Shown: positions 1-7,601, counted from the first letter of the stretch. The stretch is DNA of 23,417 nt from a virus (IMGVR_UViG_3300040801_002879:1-23417); one strand, 5' to 3'. Notes: a model not told the origin generated them from the sequence alone. Numbers and translations are program-made.

Positions 1-1557
1 CATAGCTTCTTTGAAAGGTACTTTGACTAAGGGTTGTCCTGAGCGAGCACCGTCTGGATAAACAGTTACACCACGTAACTTAGGCAAATATTTATATAAC
101 GTTTCCCCAAAAGCAGTTTCATCATTGTTTCCTTCTTCACCATAAGGCGGTAAGTTAATTGTTGATGAAATAGCATTGTCTACGTATTGTTGTACAAAAG
201 CCTGAAAAGCAATTCGTCTTTCGACATCGTGACTAAGTGAATAAGCATCATCTACGCTTTCAATATCTACACCACGTTTGTAAAGCCTTTCTGCTACACT
301 ATCTACTACGTATTGTGCTTTCCAGCCTTCCTCTGATAGATAGCGTCTCTGATAAGCCTTTGCAAAGATAGGTTCAATCCCGCCTGTTGTTTGTCCACCT
401 GCAATTGAGGTACTACCATTTGGCGCAATTGCTCTAACTGCAACTGGTGTGCTCAGTCCAAGTTTAGACGACCAGTAATCAGCCGCACCATCTGAGGAAC
501 GAGCCCACGCAATCAACCACTGCTCAAAAGTCTCGTCTGGTCCATAAGGAATATCCCTAGTAGCAAACCATTCAGCAATTCCCATCATCCCCAAACCAAG
601 TCTACGATAGTCCTCACGAACCTGTCTTACCTGATTGTAAGGCACATCGGAATACTCCGTACCTGCCAGCAAGAAGATAACGCCTAGCTCAGAAACTCTT
701 TCTAGCTCTTCTACACTTTCAATTTTGGAAAGGTTTAGAGAGGCTAAACAACAAACATCTGAGTCTCTGTCTGACACAATCTCACAACAAGCATTTCTAA
801 GAGATTCGTGTTTATTCTCATAGTTTACTGCAAACCCAGGCTCCCCTGTTTTCATCATACGATGAATGGTGTCCCAATAAACTTTTCTAGCTAGTAGGTG
901 CTCTGGATGGCTCTCACTCTCATAAGCAATAAAAAACTCCCTGTCTAAAATAACACTAACATTTGTCATATCACAAGGAGCAGGAAAATCAAAGTCCTTT
1001 TCTTTCATCGCTCTGACTTCTGGCAACCAATTCTTAATTTTAATAAACTCTTCAATATCTCCATGATTCCAAGTAAGCCCTGCCCAAATCGCACTTCTAC
1101 GATTGCCACCAGCCATAACGCCACGACCAATTTCATTGATAGCTTTTATCAACGGGATTGGACCCGACCCAAAGCCACCCGTTCTTTTCAAAGGCGCACC
1201 ATGAGGTCTAATACGAGAATAATCTACACCGATTCCCCCGCCTGTCATTAGAGCTAAGGTTGCTTTCTTCGCTAACTCAGCCCAACCTTCTCGTGAGTCT
1301 TCTACTCTTAAAGTAAAACAGTTGTTTGTCTGGTGAAAAGGTCTTCCTGCTTGAGCTAAGAATCTCCCGCCTGGAATTAATTTTCTTTCTTTGATTGCTT
1401 TATTTATTTCAGCTTTTACAAAATCAGGAATGTCCAAAACTTGCAAGACATTCTCTGTTACTCTGTCGGCTATCTCCGACCATGTTTCCTTCTCTCCGTT
1501 CTCTTTCTGCCATGAGTAACGAAGTTCCATTATTTGTTTTGAAAAATTATCTGTCAT
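1..1557 (-). CDS. nrdJ: Class II (adenosylcobalamin-dependent) ribonucleotide reductase, 3'-truncated by window edge
   Basis: Hand translation from ATG at 1557 (RBS AGGAG upstream): MTDNFSKQIMELRYSW...LIPGGRFL...TNNCFTL...GGGIGVDYSRIRP...GEPGF...LRNACCEI...DVCCLASLNL...LGLGMMG...AIAPNGSTS...GGIEP...SISSTINLP...LRGVTVYPDGARSGQPL. Frame is open to position 1. Not in the ORF track because there is no stop in the window. Confidence 0.93.
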   Translation of the reverse strand, partial: MTDNFSKQIMELRYSWQKENGEKETWSEIADRVTENVLQVLDIPDFVKAEINKAIKERKLIPGGRFLAQAGRPFHQTNNCFTLRVEDSREGWAELAKKATLALMTGGGIGVDYSRIRPHGAPLKRTGGFGSGPIPLIKAINEIGRGVMAGGNRRSAIWAGLTWNHGDIEEFIKIKNWLPEVRAMKEKDFDFPAPCDMTNVSVILDREFFIAYESESHPEHLLARKVYWDTIHRMMKTGEPGFAVNYENKHESLRNACCEIVSDRDSDVCCLASLNLSKIESVEELERVSELGVIFLLAGTEYSDVPYNQVRQVREDYRRLGLGMMGIAEWFATRDIPYGPDETFEQWLIAWARSSDGAADYWSSKLGLSTPVAVRAIAPNGSTSIAGGQTTGGIEPIFAKAYQRRYLSEEGWKAQYVVDSVAERLYKRGVDIESVDDAYSLSHDVERRIAFQAFVQQYVDNAISSTINLPPYGEEGNNDETAFGETLYKYLPKLRGVTVYPDGARSGQPLVKVPFKEAM

Positions 1558-1600
1558 TTATTTCTCCTATATTGAATTGTTTATATTTAAAAGTCTACTA

Positions 1601-2092
1601 CTATTCATTTTTTCTATCCTTTGGTCTTAACAAAAAGTTAGGCATAGACCAGTCCATCGGGAGTTGATATAATCTAAAATGTAATCTAGGAGCAGTCTTA
1701 GAAATTCCCGCCCAATAGAACTTTTGGCGTACCCAACGGTCATTTTTAATTGTACCATTATCCTGTAATAAGTCAAGGATGAGGTCAATGCTAGGGTCAC
1801 TACGATAGCTCTCATAATAGATTGCTACGTAAATTGCTAACTGTTGTGACTTACTTCCGACCTCTATTTTCCACTCTGGCTTGTTCTTTGCCTGTTCCCG
1901 AAATTGTTTTTTATATTCATAAACTTCGGGAGAGTGGATTATAATTGGGTTGCCATCTTGCCAAGTGATACGATTTCTATTTTTCATGCTTGGTTGTTGC
2001 CCATAGACAACACCTTCTAACAGAAATTTGTAATCATCTGGTATAATAAAAAGTTCTTCCATTGGTGTTAGGGAAAGTTTGTTACTACTCAT
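1601..2092 (-). CDS. RusA-like Holliday junction resolvase (phage variant)
   Basis: N-terminal GQQPSMKN motif and C-terminal DPSIDLILDLLQ...IKNDRWV...APR resemble RusA-family acidic motifs; DNA-metabolism context. Confidence 0.62.
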   Translation of the reverse strand: MSSNKLSLTPMEELFIIPDDYKFLLEGVVYGQQPSMKNRNRITWQDGNPIIIHSPEVYEYKKQFREQAKNKPEWKIEVGSKSQQLAIYVAIYYESYRSDPSIDLILDLLQDNGTIKNDRWVRQKFYWAGISKTAPRLHFRLYQLPMDWSMPNFLLRPKDRKNE

Positions 2093-2463
2093 AAATTAAA
2101 TTCCTTATTTATTGGAGTGGTATTCGCCTTCTCTAATACATCTTCTACCCACGAATATTTGCCCGACCCTGCTCTACGTATAATTCCTATTTGATTATGA
2201 TGCTCTCTACATAAACATAATAAACTCGAAAAATGCTCCTTTTTATCTGTAGGAACATTTTTTGTAATTGCTCTACCATATACATGATGTACGTCTTGTG
2301 CTTTTTGACGCCTACCATCCAGAAAGTAACAGGCAGTACAAAATCCATCGTCTCTAAAAATTGCCAGCGTTCTTTGCTCCTGCCTATACTCTTTAGCGGT
2401 CTCTTTTATTTTCTTTTCTTGCTTCCTTCTTCTCGCTTTTGACGGTTTTTCTAAATAACTCAA
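2089..2463 (-). CDS. HNH endonuclease
   Basis: RDDGFCTAC...DVHHVYGR...LLCLCREHH: CxxC plus HH plus CxxHH pattern. TTG start; overlaps the RNase H 3' end. Confidence 0.85.
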   Translation of the reverse strand: MSYLEKPSKARRRKQEKKIKETAKEYRQEQRTLAIFRDDGFCTACYFLDGRRQKAQDVHHVYGRAITKNVPTDKKEHFSSLLCLCREHHNQIGIIRRAGSGKYSWVEDVLEKANTTPINKEFNL

Positions 2464-2908
2464 AGTTTTCCTTTGCTATAAATTCATCTACAAATCGCTC
2501 ACTGCACGCTGCTAGATAAGCCAAACAATCAGCAACTTCGTTTCCTTCAACGCCAGAATGTCCTTCAACTAGAATAGGAGTTATTATAAGTGTTCCGCTT
2601 ATAAGCGTTTCTTCTATTTGCTCCCACAAATCTGTATGTGTTGAAAGGGGAGCATTTCTTTTCATTAATCTTCTTAGTCCAAAAAAGGCGTATTGGCTAT
2701 CGGTAAAGACTTCAATCTCTTTGATACCATTATTCTTTGAAAATTCCAATAGTTTTAAGATTGCAAGAGTTTCAATTCTATTATTAGTAACTCGCTCAGC
2801 CACATGCCAACTTTTAACGTAATTACTCTTATTGCCATAAGCAACAAAAGCCCCACCGCCTAAGCCTGGGTTTTTTGGAAAAGTTGACCCGTCTGTGTAA
2901 GCTTTCAT
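2393..2908 (-). CDS. rnhA: Ribonuclease HI
   Basis: YTDGS, NPGLGG, TNNRIE, TDSQY, DLWEQ, VEGHSG..GNEVAD motifs; catalytic D/E/D/D residues all present. Confidence 0.93.
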   Translation of the reverse strand: MKAYTDGSTFPKNPGLGGGAFVAYGNKSNYVKSWHVAERVTNNRIETLAILKLLEFSKNNGIKEIEVFTDSQYAFFGLRRLMKRNAPLSTHTDLWEQIEETLISGTLIITPILVEGHSGVEGNEVADCLAYLAACSERFVDEFIAKENFELFRKTVKSEKKEARKENKRDR

Positions 2909-2910
2909 AA

Positions 2911-3105
2911 TTATTCGTTTTCTTCAAACTCTTCTTCTACAAATTTCCAAATATCGTAAAGAACGTTTTCAACCAGTTCCCCTAGATATTCTTCTTGTAT
3001 AATGTCTTGCTCCACGTTTCTTTTTAGAAATTCCGTTGTTGGTCTTACGTCTATCTTTACTTTCATCGGAACGTCTACTACGCTTATTATTAATGTTTTC
3101 TTCAT
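2911..3105 (-). CDS. Hypothetical acidic protein (64 aa)
   Basis: ORF fills the gap to rnhA; GGAG about 12 nt upstream; overlaps the upstream ORF by 137 nt. Confidence 0.5.
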   Translation of the reverse strand: MKKTLIISVVDVPMKVKIDVRPTTEFLKRNVEQDIIQEEYLGELVENVLYDIWKFVEEEFEENE

Positions 3106-3400
3106 TTTCAGAAATTACTCCCATTCTTGAAATATTTACTGGACTATCTTGTGGTACTTCAAGTAAGTTGGGTGGGAGAGAAGCTCTAACATATAAAGCC
3201 TCTCTCCATGCCTTTTCTATAGCGTCTATCATTAGTTGCCTATCTCGCAAATATGTACTATTTTCCTGCGCCTCTTCTAAATCTAGTACAAGTTTGTACG
3301 CCTTTGCAAGATGAAGCAAAATCTCAGAGGACATAGTTTCAGCCTTTACATCTTCTAGGTGCTTTGCTATATCCTCTGGATGTGAACCATAATTAGCCAT
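2969..3400 (-). CDS. Hypothetical protein (143 aa)
   Basis: Start coupled to the ssb stop (TAATG overlap); helical N-terminus; basic C-terminal tail overlaps the next ORF. Confidence 0.65.
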   Translation of the reverse strand: MANYGSHPEDIAKHLEDVKAETMSSEILLHLAKAYKLVLDLEEAQENSTYLRDRQLMIDAIEKAWREALYVRASLPPNLLEVPQDSPVNISRMGVISENEENINNKRSRRSDESKDRRKTNNGISKKKRGARHYTRRISRGTG

Positions 3401-3777
3401 TAGAAGGGAATTTCAGTGTCCTCTTCTGGCTCGCTTGAACCACCACCACTACCATCGTTTGATGCTAGGCGGGACCAGTTTTGCACAACGAAGCTGTGAG
3501 AGTAGCGATTTTCACCAGCATCGTTTTGATATTTTTGTTTTTGGTATTTGGTAATAACAGAAATCAAATCGCCCTTGTCCAATACATTTGCAACATTTTC
3601 TGCTTTATTGCCGAAGAAAACAATATCTACCCAAGTTGTTTCAGTTTGCCACTGACCCTCAACTTTTCGACTTTCATTAACAGCAAGACCAGCCTTAGCA
3701 TAGGCAGTTCCTGATGCAGCATACTTCAACTCAGGTTTTGCTCCCAATCGACCTTCAAAAATACAGTTATTAATCAT
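3400..3777 (-). CDS. ssb: Single-stranded DNA-binding protein
   Basis: MINNCIFEGRLGAKPELKY, TTWVDIVFFG, KGDLI OB-fold motifs; Gly-rich linker and acidic C-terminus EEDTEIPF. Confidence 0.95.
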   Translation of the reverse strand: MINNCIFEGRLGAKPELKYAASGTAYAKAGLAVNESRKVEGQWQTETTWVDIVFFGNKAENVANVLDKGDLISVITKYQKQKYQNDAGENRYSHSFVVQNWSRLASNDGSGGGSSEPEEDTEIPF

Positions 3778-3850
3778 ATTACTTTTATCCTTTTCTCTAA
3801 ATATTGACCTTATCCCTCAATTTTGATTGTAGAAGACAAGGAGATTAAAA

Positions 3851-4318
3851 ATGAACGCTTTACACTTAATTCTTAGACCTACACCGCCCCAAGCTTCTGC
3901 ACTTGTTGATACCATGTCGGCTTTTAATAGTGCCAGAAACCTAGTTTTACGAGAGGCACGTAGCTCAGATTGTTACAACAAACACAAACTTAGTAAACAA
4001 TTCTATCACCAAATTCGAAATGACTTCCTCCTTCCGTCTCAATTAGCGGTTTCAGCAATTACTACAGTTGTTGAAGACCACAAGAATAATCGACTCCCTT
4101 ATGAGTACTCAGAATTTGCCGACACTTACTACGACAAACGAGTAATCTCATTCAAGGGACTTACGATTGCCAGTATATCTACTACAATCGGAAGACTACC
4201 TGTAAACTTTAGCATTGATAAATATATTCTATGGCATAACCAACCTTCTCAAATCGGGTCTGCTATTCTAAAGTATCAAATAGGTAGACAGCTTTCTCTT
4301 GTGACCATCATACGTTAA
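3851..4318 (+). CDS. TnpB-derived protein: N-terminal WED/REC lobe only, no RuvC or zinc finger
   Basis: LRPTPPQASALVDTMSAFNSARN, YNKHKL..FYHQIRNDFLLPSQLAVSAI, YDKRVISFKGLTIASISTTIGR and GSAILKYQIGRQLSLVTI match successive conserved blocks of IS200/IS605 TnpB N-termini. Stops before the RuvC-I (GxDxG) motif. RBS AAGGAG; uninterrupted frame. Confidence 0.8.
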   Translation: MNALHLILRPTPPQASALVDTMSAFNSARNLVLREARSSDCYNKHKLSKQFYHQIRNDFLLPSQLAVSAITTVVEDHKNNRLPYEYSEFADTYYDKRVISFKGLTIASISTTIGRLPVNFSIDKYILWHNQPSQIGSAILKYQIGRQLSLVTIIR

Positions 4319-4346
4319 TTATAGCATAAAGGTTATCATTTGTCAA
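4318..4346 (-). promoter_or_regulatory. Leftward sigma70-type promoter with extended -10
   Basis: Minus strand reads TTGACA (4346-4341), 17 nt, TATAAT (4323-4318), with TGn before the -10. Confidence 0.85.
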
Positions 4347-4359
4347 GAGGCAATTTTGG

Positions 4360-4388
4360 TTGACAAATATACTATTATGTGGTATAAT
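4360..4388 (+). promoter_or_regulatory. Rightward sigma70-type promoter with extended -10
   Basis: TTGACA (4360-4365), 17 nt, TATAAT (4383-4388), with TGG before the -10. Confidence 0.88.
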
Positions 4389-4407
4389 ATATGAGAAGGA
4401 GACTAAT

Positions 4408-4653
4408 ATGTATAAAGTTTATGAAGAATTAATGATTGAAGACTTTGAGGATGCGATTTTAGACGAGATAATGATAAAGCAACTCGTTCATAACTTGCCC
4501 CCCGACAAAATAGCGGTAATTGCACTAAAACTTTCTGATGGGTTTACAACTGAGGAAATGTCGGATATTTTAGGAATTTCTACTGGTACAATTTGGAGCA
4601 GGTTCAAAACAGCATTGAAGATACTGAAACAAAAAGTGAGGAAAAATATATGA
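4408..4653 (+). CDS. Sigma70 region-4-only HTH protein (possible late transcription activator)
   Basis: LPPDKIAVIALKLSDGFTTEEMSDILGISTGTIWSRFKTALKILK matches the sigma region 4 pattern; no region 2. Start moved from 4360 to ATG 4408 because AAGGAG lies at 4396-4401 and 4360 is inside the promoter. Confidence 0.82.
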   Translation: MYKVYEELMIEDFEDAILDEIMIKQLVHNLPPDKIAVIALKLSDGFTTEEMSDILGISTGTIWSRFKTALKILKQKVRKNI

Positions 4654-4892
4654 GACCCTCTTATCACAAATGTTTAGGATGCCAGAAGAACTGGATTACT
4701 TGGCAATTTGCTATTTGTACAGAGTGTGAAGAGAAGTATGGTAGCAGTTCGCTAGAGTGGGAAGAAAACGGTGCTGGCTGGCTACGAGAACTTTGGAATA
4801 TGGAGCAACGAGAAAGACGAAGAATAAAGAAACAAAAATTTTACGAAGTACCCCTAATAGAGTATGACTTTGAGCACCAAGAAGATGAATGA
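4650..4892 (+). CDS. Small zinc-finger protein (CxxC...CxxC)
   Basis: Start at 4650 overlaps the upstream stop (ATGA); HKCLGC-x11-CTEC; Trp-rich. Confidence 0.65.
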   Translation: MRPSYHKCLGCQKNWITWQFAICTECEEKYGSSSLEWEENGAGWLRELWNMEQRERRRIKKQKFYEVPLIEYDFEHQEDE

Positions 4893-5706
4893 TAAAGAGA
4901 TTACACCTTATACAGCAGATAAAGACATAAGTTGGCAAGAGATAATAAACGACTTAGTAGACCAAGTAGCAGGGGAAGATGTTAATGACATCCCTGAGAA
5001 AGTAATTAGTGCTACTGAATTGTTGCTTACTGGTATGCCCTACTATAAAGTCGCACAAAAGCTAGGTGTGACAACTGCTACAGTTAAAAATTGGATAAAG
5101 AAATATCCACCTATGGCTTTAGTATTACAAAGAGGCAGACCTCTCTTGGCAAAGTGGCGTATAGCTAAGCTAGAACAACAATATCTTATGGCTATAGAAA
5201 AATCTCAAGAAATTCTTGACATGGACTTATATTCACAAGATGGTGAAGAGGGTGTTCGAGCCCCTAACGCCAAACTTACAGGCGTGGTTGCCCAACAAGC
5301 AAGATTTATTATCCAACAATTTACACAAGTAAATAACGAAATCTCAATTAAGAGCGATGGCGAGAGTGTGACGATGGCTGCTTCTGGCGAAGCTTTAGAC
5401 TATATTGCTCAAAAAATAGCAGAACATCGAGATAAAGAAGAGCCTGTAGAAGCTACTTACAGAGTTATTGATGATAAAAACACTTCTGAAAAATATATTC
5501 CTATGTTGGATGAACATGGCGAGCCTTTCTATGGCGAAATGGGAATATTAGATATAAATGAAGATAATAAAATTCAATGTCATATTTGTGGAAATTATTA
5601 TAAAAGCTTGACAACACACCTGTACGGTAAGCACGAAGTACCGCCTGATGTATACGAACTAACATTTATGCTTGAGGAAGGAGCAATAGAGGATGCCGAA
5701 AATTAA
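4864..5706 (+). CDS. Putative terminase small subunit: N-terminal HTH, C-terminal MucR/Ros-like zinc finger
   Basis: HTH LLLTGMPYYKVAQKLGVTTATVKNWIKK; C-terminal IQCHICGNYYKSLTTHLYGKHEVPPDVY; directly upstream of and overlapping terL. Alternative start at 4885. Confidence 0.6.
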   Translation: MTLSTKKMNDKEITPYTADKDISWQEIINDLVDQVAGEDVNDIPEKVISATELLLTGMPYYKVAQKLGVTTATVKNWIKKYPPMALVLQRGRPLLAKWRIAKLEQQYLMAIEKSQEILDMDLYSQDGEEGVRAPNAKLTGVVAQQARFIIQQFTQVNNEISIKSDGESVTMAASGEALDYIAQKIAEHRDKEEPVEATYRVIDDKNTSEKYIPMLDEHGEPFYGEMGILDINEDNKIQCHICGNYYKSLTTHLYGKHEVPPDVYELTFMLEEGAIEDAEN

Positions 5707-7456
5707 TCCTGCTGAATTAGAATCTGCAGCATTGAAAAATCCTCTAATCTATGGTATTTCTTACGTAGACCTTCTCCAAAACAGAAAATGGGAAGTAGAC
5801 ACAAGACTTTGGCAAGAGGAAATTTATCAAGCTGTAAATCCTTATTATATTGAGAAAAATCCTGTAGGGCAAGCAAGACGCTTTACGGTTATGAAGTCTA
5901 CTCAGTGTGGACTTTCTACTGCTGGCTTGGTAAAAATGTTTCACTTTGCTGACTTGTGGAATGTTCGTTTGATTTATACACTTCCCCGCAGGCAAGACGT
6001 AACAGACTTTGTAGGTACTCGTATTGACCCTATGATAAATGCAAGTAAACGTCTTACGTCTAAACTTGGACAACCAGACTCAACTCGTGCTAAGAAAATT
6101 GGAAACTCTTATATTTTCTTCATGGAACTGTCGGTAGAACCTCGTATGATGCCCGCAGACGCTCTCTACGTGGATGAGGTTGACCTGAGTGACCCAAAGT
6201 ATATGGCAACTGCTCAAAACCGCTTAGATGCCTCTAAATGGAAATTGAACTATTTCTTTTCCACCCCATCACTGCCTAACTATGGAATCCACGGTTTATA
6301 CTTGAAAAGCGACCAACGTGAGTGGATGGTAAAATGTCCTCACTGTGGACACGACCAAGTATTAGATTGGGACCAAAACTTGCGGTATACAGGACTGGAG
6401 TCCAACCCTACAAAAGTATTTTATGGTTGTCAAGCTTGTGATGAAGAGCTATCAATGCAGGATATTCAAATGCAGGGTAGATGGGTGGCGGCTAAGCCTG
6501 CCTTGAGTGAAGAGAGTATTGGCTTTCATGTCTCTCAGCTAATGACCCACAGCGCAGCTTCCTTATGGGCATCCTACCATGACCCCCAAACAAACAGAAT
6601 TGAGTTTTACCGTAAGCGTTTGGGTAAACCGCTTGAGATTGGCGGGGGTGTTTTGGAAAGACAGGATATTTTACAGAACTGTTTTCACCAATACCATCCT
6701 ACAGAAGAAAAATATGATGGCAAGAGTTCTTACTATATGGGCATAGACCAAGGAAACGAGCTACAGCTTGTCGTTGGAAAGATTAGCCCCAATAGTAATA
6801 AGATGAAAATTGTTCATATTGAGGTTGTGCCTTTTGAAGAAGGCTTTGACAAAGTTGGTAAGCTTATGAACCAATACAATGTCAAGCTTGGCGTTATAGA
6901 CGCTGACCCTAACAGGCACTCGGCTATGAAGGTTGTAGAAAACTTTCCTGCCAAACTTCTCGCTGCGGATTATTCGAGTAATGCTAAAACAAGAATTACC
7001 GTTAAAAAGAATAAGCGGGGCATTAGAAGTAGAGTAAATTTAGGTCGTACCTTTAGTTTTGACCATTTATATGATACAATATTTAAAGGCTTTTTCTCGC
7101 TTCCTGGGCACGCAGATAGTATGTTGCCCGAAGTTGATAAACTAATTCAACAAGTTGTTTCTATTCGTAGAGACGTTGTTGAAAAGAACAGGCAAGAGGG
7201 AAGCTTAGACGTTGGTGTTTGGCGTGCTCTCGGTCCAGACCACTTTGCTCATGCTTTGGTTTATCTAAAAACTGCCTACGATATAGACAACACTGGTGCG
7301 AGATTTAGATTCCATATTATAGGGGAAGAGGGCGAAGAGGAAGAAGAGATTGACGCTGAGACTGCCGAAGACGAAGAGGTTTATAGCTTCAATCCCGATG
7401 GCGACTCTGATGAAGACGAGCCACCAAAGAAAACAACACGAATACGTATTATTTAG
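5693..7456 (+). CDS. terL: Terminase large subunit, lambda GpA-like
   Basis: MKSTQCGLST (Walker A-like), LYVDEVD (Walker B), FSTP, CPHCGHDQ...CQAC zinc ribbon, MGIDQG nuclease motif, DHFAHALVY. Confidence 0.92.
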   Translation: MPKINPAELESAALKNPLIYGISYVDLLQNRKWEVDTRLWQEEIYQAVNPYYIEKNPVGQARRFTVMKSTQCGLSTAGLVKMFHFADLWNVRLIYTLPRRQDVTDFVGTRIDPMINASKRLTSKLGQPDSTRAKKIGNSYIFFMELSVEPRMMPADALYVDEVDLSDPKYMATAQNRLDASKWKLNYFFSTPSLPNYGIHGLYLKSDQREWMVKCPHCGHDQVLDWDQNLRYTGLESNPTKVFYGCQACDEELSMQDIQMQGRWVAAKPALSEESIGFHVSQLMTHSAASLWASYHDPQTNRIEFYRKRLGKPLEIGGGVLERQDILQNCFHQYHPTEEKYDGKSSYYMGIDQGNELQLVVGKISPNSNKMKIVHIEVVPFEEGFDKVGKLMNQYNVKLGVIDADPNRHSAMKVVENFPAKLLAADYSSNAKTRITVKKNKRGIRSRVNLGRTFSFDHLYDTIFKGFFSLPGHADSMLPEVDKLIQQVVSIRRDVVEKNRQEGSLDVGVWRALGPDHFAHALVYLKTAYDIDNTGARFRFHIIGEEGEEEEEIDAETAEDEEVYSFNPDGDSDEDEPPKKTTRIRII

Positions 7457-7459
7457 TAC

Positions 7460-7488
7460 TTGACAAATCAAGTCAAGTATGGTATACT
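7460..7488 (+). promoter_or_regulatory. sigma70-type promoter for the tRNA
   Basis: TTGACA (7460-7465), 17 nt, TATACT (7483-7488), with extended TGn. Confidence 0.8.
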
Positions 7489-7495
7489 GTATAGT

Positions 7496-7567
7496 GCGGG
7501 TATGGTGTAATTGGTAGCATACTATCCTTCCAAGTTAGTTGTATGGGTTCAAATCCCATTATCCGCT
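7496..7567 (+). tRNA. tRNA-Gly (anticodon TCC), CCA not encoded
   Basis: Acceptor stem GCGGGTA/TATCCGC, anticodon loop CTTCCAA, T arm ATGGG-TTCAAAT-CCCAT, discriminator U; one U-U mismatch in the anticodon stem. Confidence 0.93.
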
Positions 7568-7595
7568 TGACAAGACCACAACTTTGTGGTATGAT
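7567..7595 (+). promoter_or_regulatory. sigma70-type promoter immediately after the tRNA
   Basis: TTGACA (7567-7572), 17 nt, TATGAT (7590-7595), with extended TGn; the spacer contains the palindrome ACCACAA-CT-TTGTGGT. Confidence 0.78.
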
Positions 7596-7601
7596 TGTCG
7601 T

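Noticed and set aside
1063-3714. Plus-strand ORFs 1063-1251, 1395-1667, 2233-2442, 3036-3314, 3481-3714 and minus-strand 1627-1815
   Set aside because: Shadow frames over well-supported genes, with no motifs or RBS.
3823-4346. IS200/IS605 ends around the TnpB fragment (TTGAT at 3823, TCAA at 4343)
   Set aside because: No subterminal hairpins; TCAA is explained by the reverse -35 box; short words are expected by chance.
4650-4892. Zn-finger ORF as the missing TnpB C-terminus or a ZAS anti-sigma
   Set aside because: No RuvC motifs flank the finger, and the spacing is HxCxxC rather than HxxxCxxC.
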